From Isurus oxyrinchus (lineage: Eukaryota): a stretch of 64,000 bases of DNA. Below are positions 28,001-38,503 of the stretch, piece after piece; position 1 is the stretch's first letter, and the number at the start of each line of letters is the position of its first letter. The stretch is from NCBI GenBank assembly GCA_026770705.1, contig JANJGN010000016.1, positions 85,746,001-85,810,000 of the forward strand, given 5' to 3'. Below the pieces are notes generated by a model. That model did not search any database and was not told the origin of the DNA. It saw nothing but the letters and a program-made list of their open reading frames with translations. Position numbers and translations under genes: made by a program.

Positions 28001-31000
28001 CAGGTAAGTGGATGACTGGTTAGAGTATCAGGTAAGTGTGTGAGGGGGTAGATGTCATGAAAATGTGTGAGGAAGTAGGGTATCAGGCACATGGGTGGGG
28101 GTAGATTGTTAGATAAGTGGGTGAGGGTGTAGGTGGCAAATAAGTGGGCAAAGGAATAGGGTGTCAGTTAAGTAGGTGAAGGGGTAGAGTGTCAGGTAAG
28201 TGGGTGAGGGGGTAGATTGTCAAGTAAGCGGGCAAAGAGTTAGAGTGTCTGGTAAGTGGGTGAGGGGGTAGAGTGTCAGGTAAGTGGGTAAGGAGTTAGA
28301 GTGTCAGGTAAGTGGGTGAGAGGGTCGAGTGTCAGGTAAGTGGGTGAGGGGGTCGAGTGTCAGGTAAGTGGGTGAGGGGGTTGAGTGTCAGGTAAGTGGG
28401 CGAGGGTAGAGTATCAGGAAAGTGGGTGAGGGGGTCGAGTGTCAGGTAAATGGGCGAGGGGGTAGAGTATCAGGAAAGTGGGTGAGGGGTTAGAGTGTCA
28501 GTTAATTGGGTGAGGAGGTCGAGTGTCAGGTAAGTGAGTGAGAGGGTCGAGTGTCAGGTAAGTGGGCAAGGAGGTAGAGTGTCAGGTAAGTGGGTGAGGG
28601 GGTAGAGTGTCAGGTAAGTGAGTGAGAGGGTAGAGTGTCAGGTAAGTGGGCGAGGGGGTAGTGTGTCAGGTAAGTGAGTGAGAGGGTAAAGTGTCAGGTA
28701 AGTGGGCGAGGGGGTAGAGTGTCAGGTACGAGGGCGAGGGGGTAGAGTATCAGGTAAGTGGGTGAGAGGGTAGAGTGTCAGGTAAGTGGGAGAGTAGCTA
28801 GAGCATCAGGTAGTTGAATGAGAGGGTAAAGTGTCAGGTAAGTGGGTGAGAAGGTAGAGTGTCAGGTAAGTGGATGAGAGGCTAAAGTGTCAGGTAAGTG
28901 GGTGAGAGGGTAGAGTGTCAGATAAGTGGGTGAGAGGGTAGAGCGTCAGGTAAGTGGGAGTGTAGCTAGAGCATCAGGTAGTTGAATGAGAGGGTAAAGT
29001 GTCAGGTAAGTGGGTGAGAAGGTAGAGTGTCAGGTAAGTGGATGAGAGGGTAAAGTGTCAGGTAAGTGGGTGAGAGGGTAGAGTGTCAGATAAGTGGGTG
29101 AGAGGGTAGAGCGTCAGGTAAGTGGGAGTGTAGCTAGAGCATCAGGTAGTTGAATGAGAGGGTAAAGTGTCAGGTAAGTGGGTGAGAAGGTAGAGTGTCA
29201 GGTAAGTGGATGAGAGGGTAAAGTGTCAGGTGAGTGGGTGAGAGGGTAGAGTGTCAGGTAAGTGGGCGAGGGCGTAGAGTGTCAGATAAGTGGGCGAGGG
29301 GGTAGAGTGTCAGGTAAGTGTGTGAGAGTGTAGGGCGGCAGGAAAGTGGGTGAGGGGATAGGGTGGCAGGCAAGTGGGTGAGGGGATAGGGTGGCAGGCA
29401 AGTGGGTGAGGGGTAGGGTGTCACACAAGTAGGTGAGGGCATAGCATGGCAGGTAAGTGGGTGAGGAGATAGGGTGGCAGGCAAAGGGGTGAGGGGTTAG
29501 ATTATCAGGTAAGTTGTTGAGGGTTTACAGTATCAGGTAAGTGAGTGAGGGGATAGGGTGGCAGGAAAGTAGGTGAGGGGGTAGGGTTGCAAACAAGTTG
29601 CTGAGTGGGTAAAGTGTCAGTTAAGTGGGTGAGGGGGTAGAGTATCCGGTAAGTGCTTGAGGAGGTAGAGTATCAGGTAAGTGGGTGAGGGGGCTGGGTT
29701 TCAGGTTAGTGGGTGACAGGGTAGGGTGTCAATTAAATGGGCGACGGGGTAAGATGGGAGGTACATGCGTGAGGGGGTATATTGTCATGTAAGTGGGTGA
29801 GGGGGTAGAGTATCAGGTAGGCCGGTGAGGGGGGTAGAGTGTAAGTTAAGTGGGAAATGGGGTAGAGGGTCAGGCAAGTGGCTGAGGGGGTAGAGTGGCA
29901 AATAAGTGGGCGAAGGGGTAGGGTGTCAGGTAAGTGTGAAGAGGTTGAGTGTCGTATAAGTGGGTGAGGGGTTGAGTGTCAGGTAACTGGGTGAGGGTGT
30001 TGAATGTTAGGCAAGTGGGTGAGGGGTTTGAGTGTCTCGATAAGTAGGCGAGGGGGTAGAGTATCAGGTAGGTGTGCAAGAGTTTGGAGTGTCAGGTAAG
30101 TGGGTGAGGGGGTGCAGTGTCAGGTATGTATGTGAGGGGGTAGAGTGTCAGGCAAGTGGGTGAGTGAGTAGTTTGTCAGGTTAGGGCGTGATGGGGTAGT
30201 GTGTCAGGTAAGTGGGTGAGGCGATAGAGTGGCAGGTAAGTGGGTGAGGGGGTAGTTTGGCAGGCAAGTGGGTGAGGGGGTAGTTTGGCAGGCAAGTGGG
30301 TGAGGGGGTAGAATGGCAGGCAAGTGGGTGAGTGGGTGGGGTGGCAGTCAAGTGGGTGAGTGAGTAGTTTGTCAGGTTAGGGCGTGATGGGGTAGTGTGT
30401 CAGGTAAGTGGGTGAGGCGATAGAGTGGCAGGTAAGTGGGTGAGGGGGTAGTTTGTCAGGTGAGTGGCTGAGGGGTTAGATTGTCAGGTAAGTGGGTGAG
30501 TGGGTAGCGTGGCAAATAAGTGGGCGAAAGGGTACGGTGTCAGGTAGGTGAGTGAAGGGGTAGAGTGTCATGTAAGTGGGTGAGGTGTTGTGTGTCAGTT
30601 AAGTGGGTGAGGGGGTAGAATATCAGGTAAGTGGGTGAGGCGTTAGAGTGGCTCGATAAGTAGGCGAGGGAGTAGAGTGTCAAGTAAGTGGGTGAGGGGT
30701 TACAGTGTCAGGTAAGTGGGCGAGGGGGTACAGTGTCAGGTAAGTGGGTGAGTGGGTAGGTTGTCAGTCAAGTGGGTGAGGGGTTAGAGTATCAGATAAG
30801 TAGGTGAGGGGTTAGAGTGTCAGGTAAGTTGGTGAGGGATTACAGTTTCATTATAAGTGGGTGACCAGGTAGAGTGTCAGGTAGGTGGGTGAGGGGGTAG
30901 GGTAGCAGGCATGAGGGTGAGGAGGTAGTGTGGCATGTGGGTAAGGGTGTAGAGTGTCAGTCAAGTGTGCAAGGGGATAGAGTGGCGGTAAGTGGGTGAG

Positions 31001-34000
31001 GGGACTTTTGTGGCAAACAAGTGGTGAGAGTGTAGGATGGCAGGTAAGTGGGTGTGGGGTTATGGTGGCAGGTAAGTTGATGTTGGGGTAGGGTGGTAGG
31101 CAAGTGGGTGAATGGGTAGGGTGTCAGGTAAGTGGGTGAGGGGGTGGGGTGTCAGGTAATTGGGTGAGGGTGTAGGGTGTCAGGTAAGTGGGTGAGGGGG
31201 TAGAGAGGCAGGTATTTGGGTGAGAGGGCAGAATGGCAGTTAACTTGGTGAGGGAGTAGATGTCAAATAACTGTGTGAGGAAGCACGGTGTCAATTAAAT
31301 GGGTGAGGGGGTAGGGTGGCAGGCAAGAGGGAGAGTGTAGAGTGCCAGGTAATTGGGTGAGGGAAAAGTATGGCAGGCAAGTGAGTGAGGGTGTAGGTTG
31401 GCAGGCAAGTGGGTGAGGGTGTAGGGTTGCAGGGAATTGGGTGAAGGGGGTAGGGTGGGAGGCAAGTTGGTGAGGGGGAAGAGTGTCAGGAAAGTGAGTG
31501 AGGTTGTAGGGTGGCTGGCAAGTGATTGAGGGGTTCGTGTGTCAGGTAAGTGTGTGAGAGGGTAGAGGATCAGGTAAGTGGGTGAGGTGTTAGAGTGTCA
31601 GTCAAGTGGGTGAGGGGGCAGAGTGTCAGGTAAGTGGGCGAGGGGATAGAGTGTCAGGTAATTGGGTGAGGGGTTAGTGTGTCAGGTAAGTGGGTGAGGG
31701 GATAGAGTGTCAGGCAATTGGGTGAGGGGTTAGTGTGTCAGGTAAGTGGGTGAGGGGAAAGTGTGGCAGGCAAGTGGGCGAGGGGGTTGATTGTTAGGAG
31801 CTATGGTGAGAGGGTAGAATATCAGGCATTTGGTTGTGGAGTTAGGGTCTCAGTCGATTGGGTGAGGGGTTAGAGTGGCAGGCAAGTGTGTGTGGTGATA
31901 GATTGGCAGGCAAGTGGGTGAGTGGGTAGCATGTCCAGCAATACGTTGAGGGGGTATTGTGGCAGGCAAGTGGGTGAGCGGGTAGCGTGTCAGGCAATAG
32001 GTTGAGGGGGAATTGTGGCAGGCAAGTGGGTGCAGGGGTTGAGTGTAAAGCAAGTGGGCAAGGTGATAGAGTGTCAGGTAATTGGGTGGGGGTAGAGTGG
32101 CAGGTAAGTGGGTGAGGGGGTAGGTTGGCAGGTAATTTGGCGAGGGTGTAGGGTGTCAGGTAAGTGGTTGAGGGGGTTGAGTGGAAGGTAAATGGGTGAA
32201 GGGGTAGGGTGTCAGGTATGAGCGTGAGGGTGTAGAGTGTCAGGTAAGTGGGTGGGGTATTTTGGTGGCAGGCAAGAGGGAGCGGGGGTAGATTGGCAGT
32301 TATGTGGGTGAGGGGGTAGGGTGTCAGGCAATAGGTTGAGGGGGAATTGTGGCAGGCAAGTGGGTGCAGGGGTTGAGTATAAAGCAAGTGGGTGAGGTGA
32401 TAGAATGTCAGGTAATTGTGTGAGGGGGTAGAGTGGCAGGTAAGTGGGTGAAGGGGTTGAGTGGAAGGTAAGTGGGTGAGGGAATAGGGTGGCAGGCAAG
32501 TGGGTGAGGGGATAGGGTGTCAGGTAAGAGGGTGAGTGTGTAGAGTGTCAGGTAAGTGGGTGAGGGGGTAGAGTGTCAGGTAAGTGGGTGAGGGGGTAGA
32601 GTGTCAGGTAAGTGGGTGAGGGGGTAGAGTGTCAGGTAAGTGGGTGAGGGGGTAAAGTGTCAGGTAAGTGCATGAAGGTGTTACAGTGCCAGACAAGTGG
32701 GATAGGGGTTAGACTGTCAGGTAAGTGAGTGAGGGGGTAGGGTGACAGCCAATTGGGTGAGGGGTTTGAGTGTCAGGTAAGTGGGTGAGGGGTTTTTGGT
32801 GGCAGGCCAGAGGGTGAGGGTTTGTTGGGGCAGGCAAGTGGGGTAGGGAGTAATGTGTCTGGTAAGTGTGTGAGGTGGTAGAGTGTCAGGTAAGTGGTTG
32901 AGTGGGTAGGATGGCAGGCAAGTGGTTGAGGAGGTAGTGAGTCAAAAAGTGGGTGAGGGGTAGGGTGTCAATCATTTGGGTGAGGGGATAGGGAGGCAGG
33001 CAACTGGGTGAGGTGTAGAGTGTCAGGTAAGACGGTGAGGGTGTAGAGTGTCAGGTAATTTGTTTAGGGGTTAGGGTGGCAGATAAGTGGGTGAGGGGGG
33101 TAAGGTGGCAAGCAAGTGGGTGACTGAATAGAGTGGCTGTCAAGTGGTTGAGCGGGTATTGTGTCAGGGAAGTCAGTGAGGGGATAAAGTGTCAGGTAAT
33201 TGTGTAAGGGGTCAGAGTGTCAGGTAAATGGGTCTGGGTTAGGGTGGCAGGCAATTGGGTGAGGGGGTGGGGTGGCAGGTATGTGGGTGAGCGAGTAGGG
33301 TGTCAGTCAATAAGTTGAGGGGATAGAGTGTCAAGCAAGTGGGTGAGGGGCTAGGATGGCAGGTAAGTTGGCCAGACAGTAGGGTGTCAGGCTAGTCTGC
33401 GAGTGGGTAGATTGTCAGGTAATTGGGGGAGGGGGAAGGGTGTCAGGAAAGTGGGTGAGGGGGTATTGTGTCAGTCAAGTGGGTGAGGGGGTAGAGTGTC
33501 ATGTAGGTGGGTGAGGGGGTAATGTGTCAGTCAAGTGGATGAGGGATTAGGGTGTCAGGTAAGTGTGTGAGGGGGTAGAGTGTCACGTAGGTGGGTGAGG
33601 GAAAGGGTGTCAGGTAAGTTGGTGAGGGGGTAGAGTGACAGGGTGAGGGTGTAGGGTGGCAGACAAATGGATGAGGATTTAGGGTGTCATTTGATTGGGT
33701 GAGGGGATAGATTGTCAGGCAAGTGGGTGAGGTTGAAGGGTGGCAGCCAAGTGGGTGAGGGGGTATGGTGTCAGGTAAGTGGGCCAGGGGGTATGGTGTC
33801 AGGCAATAGAATCAGGGGATAGTGTGACAGGCAAGTGGATGAGGCGGTAGAGTGTCAGGCAAGTGAGTGAGGGGATAGAGCGGCGGGTAAGTGGGTGAGG
33901 GGGTAGGGTGGCACGCATGTTGGCCAGGGTGTAGAGTGGCAGCTGAGTGGGTGAGGGGGCAGAGTGTCACTTAAGTTGGTGAGGGGGTAGATGTCAAGTA

Positions 34001-34330
34001 AGTTTCTGAGGAAGTTGGGTGTCAGGAAAGTGGGCGAGGGGGTAGGGTGGTAGGTACGTGAGCGAGAGGTTAGAGTGGCAGATAAGTGGGTGAGGGGGCA
34101 GGGTGTCAGGTAAGTGGGTAAGGGGGTAGAGTGTCAGGTAAGTGGGTGAGGGGGTAGGGTGTCAGGAAACTGGGTAAGGGGATAGGGTGGTAGGTATGTG
34201 GGCGAGAGGATAGGGTGGCAGGTGGGGGGTGAGTGGATAGGGTGTCAGGCAGGTGGGCTAGGGGGTAGAGCATCAGGTAATTGGGCAAGTGGTTAGGGTG
34301 GCAGGTGGGCGGTGAGTGGATAGGGTGGGT
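16051..34330 (+). repeat. G-rich satellite, diverged layer; 28-bp consensus GTCAGGTAAGTGGGTGAGGGGGTAGAGT with ~2.1-2.6-kb higher-order blocks
   Basis: The 28-bp unit is clear at e.g. 17960-18720, 26010-26240 and 32540-32670. Diverged blocks recur at 20607, 23173, 25321 and 27610 (offsets 2566, 2148, 2289). The array decays into unique sequence near 34330. Confidence 0.95.
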
Positions 34331-34789
34331 CAGGGCTGGGGTGTTGTTCTTGTATTTGGATGGTTCTTGGCTGCTTGGGGGGCTATTGGGAAGGTCGGGG
34401 GGAATATGGAGGGGCATTCGAGGTGGTGCTCAGATTGGGTGTCATTGGGGTCCAGGGGTATTCCTCGGGCCAGGTGAATAGCGGAGGGGGTTGTCCTGGG
34501 TATATTTGGGGGTTGGGGGTTTTAGTCGTCTAGTTACCCAGGAGTTAGAACTGGTTTTAATCCTCCTAACGTTTCCCGGGTAACATTTCCAACAGTAAGT
34601 TGGAATGATCGGAAGTCTCCGGGCTTTAAGTCAGAGTTTCAGAGGGATCCAGGCACAGGGTAATTTCCCATCGGAAGTTCAGACTTCCTGTATAATTCCC
34701 TTGTAATCAGTGTGTAGGGAATTCCGAGGGGTTCCCCAGTGCATCTTGGCCTGTGCCTCCAGGCTTCCGGAGATCGGAATTTCTGGGCC
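34331..34789. mobile_element. Possible terminal portion of a non-autonomous DNA transposon abutting the satellite
   Basis: Ends in GGAATTTCTGGGCC (34776-34789), which resembles the ends at 39753-39766 and 46953-46967, exactly where the adjacent L2 3' region is cut off. No partner TIR or TSD is visible. Confidence 0.35.
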
Positions 34790-36240
34790 AGTGGATCGGA
34801 CGACCAAAAGCTTGGCCAAAGATGTTGACTTTAAGGAGTGTCTTACAGGAGGAAAGTGAGGGAGAGAGGGGGAGAGGTGTAGGGAGGGAATTCCAGACAT
34901 GGGGCCCAGGCAGCTGAAGGCAGGGCCACCAATGGTGGAGCGATTCTGATCAGGAATCCACCAGAGGCCAGGATTAGAGGAGTGCAGATCTCTCGGAGGG
35001 TTGTAGGGCTGGAGGAGATTCCAGAGATAGGGAGGGGTGAGGCATTGGAGGGAATTGAAAACAAGGATGGGAATTGGGAAATCAGGATGTTGCTTGACCA
35101 GGAAACAATGTCGGTCAGTGAGCACAGGGGTGACAGGGGAACGGGACTCGCTGTGAGTTAGGACACGGGCAGCAGAGTTTTGGATGACCCCACGATTGCG
35201 GAGGGTAGAATGTGGGAGAGCAGCCAGGAGTGTATTGGAATAGTCACATCCAGAGGTAACGAAGGCATGGGTGAGGGCTTCAACAGCTGATGAGCTGAGA
35301 CTGGGGTGAAGTCGAGTGATGTTATGGAGGTGGAAATAGGCGGTCTTAGTGATGTCACGAATATGAGGTTGGAAGCTCATCTCAGGGTCAGATGTGACCC
35401 CAAGGTTGTGAACAGACGGGTTTAATCTCAGACTGTTACCGGGGAGAGGGATGGAGTCAGGAGTTAGAGAACAGAGTTTGGAGTGGGGACTGAAAACAAT
35501 GGCTACAGTCTTCCCAATATTTAATTGGAGGAATTCCTGTTCACTCAGTACAGGATGTGGGATAAGCAGTCTGATAATTTAGCAACAGTGGAGGAGTTGA
35601 GAGAGGTGGTGGTGAGGTAGAGCTGGGGGTCTTCAGCGTACATGTGTAAACTAACGCTATGCTTTCAGATGATGTGTCCGAGGGGCAGCATGTAGGTGAG
35701 AAATAGGAGGGGCCAAGGATCGATCCTTGGGGGACACCAGAGGTAACGGAGCAGGGACAGTTTTAGCAGATGAGAGGAGGAGCCGGGAGTGTTTGGAGCG
35801 TCCAGCCAGATCTGGCGGTGATGGATAAACCGGTTTCAAGTCTGCCTCCCTTGGATTGAGTGAGTGGAGATGAGGGTGGTAGCAGGGGGAAGGGCCAGGG
35901 TGAGGGAGAGGAATGGTTTTATTGGGGACTAGGATATGAAAGGTGGAGGTGAGGGTGAGGTTGTGTAAATCAGTAGCTGCAGAAATGTTGTGGTGATCGG
36001 AGGGCCAGAGACCAGATCGTTGGGATTGTGAAAGTGCAGTTGGAAGTGAATTGGGGAATAGGTTTTTCCAGGGATGGATACAGAAGGGGGTAGGGTTGGG
36101 CTGTGGAAGGGGGATGTGGGTGGGGAGTGATACAAGGAAGTGATCAGAGATGGTCTTATCTGTGATTGAAACTATGGGAGTAGCGAGACCACGTGAGATG
36201 GGAAGGTCACGGGGAGGTCGTGAATATGGTTTGGGGAATT
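34790..36240 (-). mobile_element. L2-clade LINE fragment (RT C-terminal region and partial 3' UTR), degenerate
   Basis: ORF 34679-35380 reads SFQPHIRDITKTAYFHLHNITRL...HAFVTSGCDYSNTLL...QNSAARVL, typical of the L2 ORF2 C-terminus. GVPQGSILGP-like and YAED-like coding remnants lie at ~35630-35740. Confidence 0.85.
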
Positions 36241-36382
36241 GTGGTTGTGATGATTTAATCCCAGCAACTTCCAGTTTCTTTTCTGTTTTTAATCTTGTAA
36301 ATTCAAGAGATTCAGAATAAAACTGATCATTTTAAAATGATTGATAATTGGCTTTGAATCAAATCTTCTCCTGATGTGTCAT

Positions 36383-36464
36383 TGATTGACAGGCCAACCA
36401 GCCAATCAGGACAATCACTTGCTGAAATGTAACCAATCAGCTGATGGGGAGGTGGGACATTTCC
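36383..36464 (+). promoter_or_regulatory. Candidate regulatory module just 3' of the light-chain gene: PBX/PREP decamer, two CCAAT boxes, E-box, kappaB-like site
   Basis: TGATTGACAG 36383-36392; AGCCAATCAG (CCAAT 36402-36406); AACCAATCAG (CCAAT 36433-36437); CAGCTG 36438-36443; GGGACATTTCC 36454-36464. Function is inferred from motifs only. Confidence 0.5.
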
Positions 36465-36501
36465 AAAGCACTCACCAGACAGAGACTGAATATTCTTAAT
36501 G

Positions 36502-36602
36502 TTTATTACCTTTTACACATTGACATTTACAGAAAAAAGACTTGAATAAACAGCCCAGCCAGAGGGAGCTGGAGAAATTCACAGGGAGAATGGAGGTTTA
36601 TT
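36502..36602 (-). terminator. Candidate polyadenylation signals of the light-chain transcript (two AATAAA)
   Basis: AATAAA on the minus strand at 36597-36602 and 36502-36507, 500-600 nt after the C stop codon. The distal one is followed by a GT-rich tract (TCTCTGTCTGGTGAGTG). Confidence 0.65.
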
Positions 36603-36805
36603 AAAACGCTTGTGGAGATTTTCTCCAGAACATGAGAATCCTGCCCCTTTAAACAGTGACTAAACCTTAAATTGTAACTGCAGGGTGAGCAGGAAGGGGT
36701 CTGGTTTACTGAAGCAGACACTTCGGAGGGTCACATTATTTTTGTACAGCTGACAGTCTTCAGCATCTTAGAGAGGTTTAACTTAGCATCACGAGATTAA
36801 ACTGA

Positions 36806-36940
36806 CCCATCAAACACTCCCAGGACAGGTGCTGCAGGGGGCTAGATACAGAGTAAAGCTCCCTCTACACTGTCCCCATCAAACACTCCCAGGACAGGTA
36901 CATTATGGGGTTAGATACAGAGTGAAGATCCCTGTACACT
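36806..36940. repeat. Two copies of a 69-bp repeat unit within the predicted 3' UTR
   Basis: CCATCAAACACTCCCAGGACAGGT occurs at 36807 and 36876, each followed by TAGATACAGAGT(A/G)AAG..CCCT.TACACT. Confidence 0.85.
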
Positions 36941-37101
36941 CCACCAATAACGTGCCTTAACCCCTGACCCTCAGAAGTGTCTCAGAGCCGGTCCTGAGAA
37001 GGAAGAGAGTTGTAATTTGGTGCTGACAATGACCTTTGCCCTCCCAGCTCACCCCTGTTCTATTTAAAGTTCTATCTCCTCTGTGGACTGTCTCTAACAC
37101 T

Positions 37102-37430
37102 CTACGCACATTCTGATCTCCTGATGCTCTTGCTGAGGGGAGAGGAAAGACTCTCGTGGGTGACGACACAGGAGAAGCTGGCGTTGGACTCCCAGCCAGA
37201 GCCAGAGAGGGTCAGCAGGCTGCTGACGCTGTAGGTGCTGTCCGAAGCTCGCAGGTAGTTGCTGGTCTGAACCCCATCCGAAATGGCTACACCGTCCTTC
37301 TTCCACTCCACCTTCACCTCATCGGGATAGAAGTGATTGGCAAGGCACACCAGGGTGGCAGTGCCCTTGGTCTTGACCTCCTCTGGGGAGGGGGGCAGCA
37401 GGGTCACTGTGGGTGGTGACTTCTCTCTGC
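37102..37430 (-). CDS. IGKC: Immunoglobulin light-chain constant exon, kappa-type (shark NS4/type III-like)
   Basis: Acceptor cttccatttcag|GC at 37431/37430. Translation (S)REKSPPTVTLLPPSPEEVKTKGTATLVCLANHFYPD..EWKK..YSVSSLLTL..FSCVVTHESLSSPLSKSIRRSECA* retains the C1-set Cys/Trp/Cys and the penultimate inter-chain Cys. Phase matches the J donor. Confidence 0.96.
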
Positions 37431-37459
37431 CTGAAATGGAAGAGGAGGAAGTTTAATCA

Positions 37460-37850
37460 CTGTCATTATAATGAATTTCAACTTCCCGAATATTAACTGG
37501 GATCAAATCTGTGTAAATGTATAGATGATGTAAAATTCTTATAATCCATCCAGGCGAATTCTTATTAGCCCGAATGTAACAAACCCAACAGAGAAGGGGC
37601 AGTTTTAGACAATTTCAGGGAATGAATCTGGCCAGGTGGAAGCTGTATCAGTGGGAGAGTATTTGGGTAATAGTGATCATAATTCAGTTAGATTTAGAGC
37701 AGTTATGGAAAAGGATAAAGATAGACCAAGTGTAAAAGTTATAAATTAGGGAAAGGCCAATTTATCTAAGCTGCGATTTGCCGAAATGGACAGGAAACAG
37801 CAACATGAAGGTAAATCAGGGTCAAAGCAGTGGGAGGTTTTCATGCAGAA
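37460..37850 (+). mobile_element. CR1 LINE fragment (end of endonuclease domain), degenerate
   Basis: Remnants of (D)FNFPNINW and GNSDHNSVRF (endonuclease SDH motif) coding sequence. Confidence 0.7.
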
Positions 37851-37944
37851 TTGTGAAATATTGGATGGGATGAAAATATTGCGGAATTCTCCCAGCTTTG
37901 CACAAAGTGCAATGGCGGGTGGGAGAAAGATCGTTTTACATCCC

Positions 37945-38503
37945 CTGTGGCCTTGCCACTCTCAGTCTTTCCTCCAAGCAGTGTTCAACATGGAGGGGCA
38001 CTGATTCATCAACTGAGGGAGGTGGTACGTGGTAATCAGGAGGAGGTTTCCTTCCCTGTGTTTGACCTGATGCCATGAGACTTCATGGTGTCGGAGTGGA
38101 TTTTGAGGATTCCCAGAGCAACTCCCAACTGACTGTATGCCACTGTGTTGCCACCTGTGCTGGGTCTATCCTGCCGGTGGGACAGGACATACCCGGGGAT
38201 GGTGATGGTGGTGTCTGGGTCATTATCTGTAAGGTATGATTCTGTGAGGATGACTCTGTCAGGCTGTTGCTTGACTGGTCTGTGAGACAGTTCTCCCACG
38301 TTTGGCACTAGCCCCAGATGTTAGTAAGAGGGACTTTGCAGGTTCAACGGGGCTGAGATTGCCGTGGTTGTTTCCGGTGCCTAGGTAGATGCCGGGTGGT
38401 CCGTCCAGTTTCATTCCTTTTTTGTGACTTTGTAGAAGTTTCTTACAACTGAGTGGTGGCTGAGCCACTTCAGAGGGCAGTTAAGAGCCAAACATATTGC
38501 TGT
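37945..38503 (-). mobile_element. 5' region and start of AP endonuclease of a non-LTR retrotransposon (same family as 48100-48990)
   Basis: ORF 38036-38308 reads GELSHRPVKQQPDRVILTESYL..IPGYVLSHRQDRPSTGG (APE N-terminal motifs). Clearly alignable to 48190-48720. Confidence 0.85.

Noticed and set aside
1-34330. Long ORFs with nonapeptide repeats (PDTLHPRPL, VECQAMGEG, SGNGRGCRV, HCLTLYTLA), up to 598 aa
   Set aside because: By-product of a 27-bp unit being a multiple of 3. Several frames on both strands are open at once, and frames switch at every 26/28-bp variant.
1-34330. Class-switch (S) region
   Set aside because: It lies downstream of a light-chain C, is C-rich on the Ig sense strand, and lacks the AGCT-rich motifs of S regions. 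Light chains do not switch.
16051-34330. Telomeric array or C2H2 zinc-finger array (3 x 28 = 84 bp)
   Set aside because: Only scattered single TTAGGG matches occur, and no frame gives CxxC..HxxxH or TGEKP patterns.
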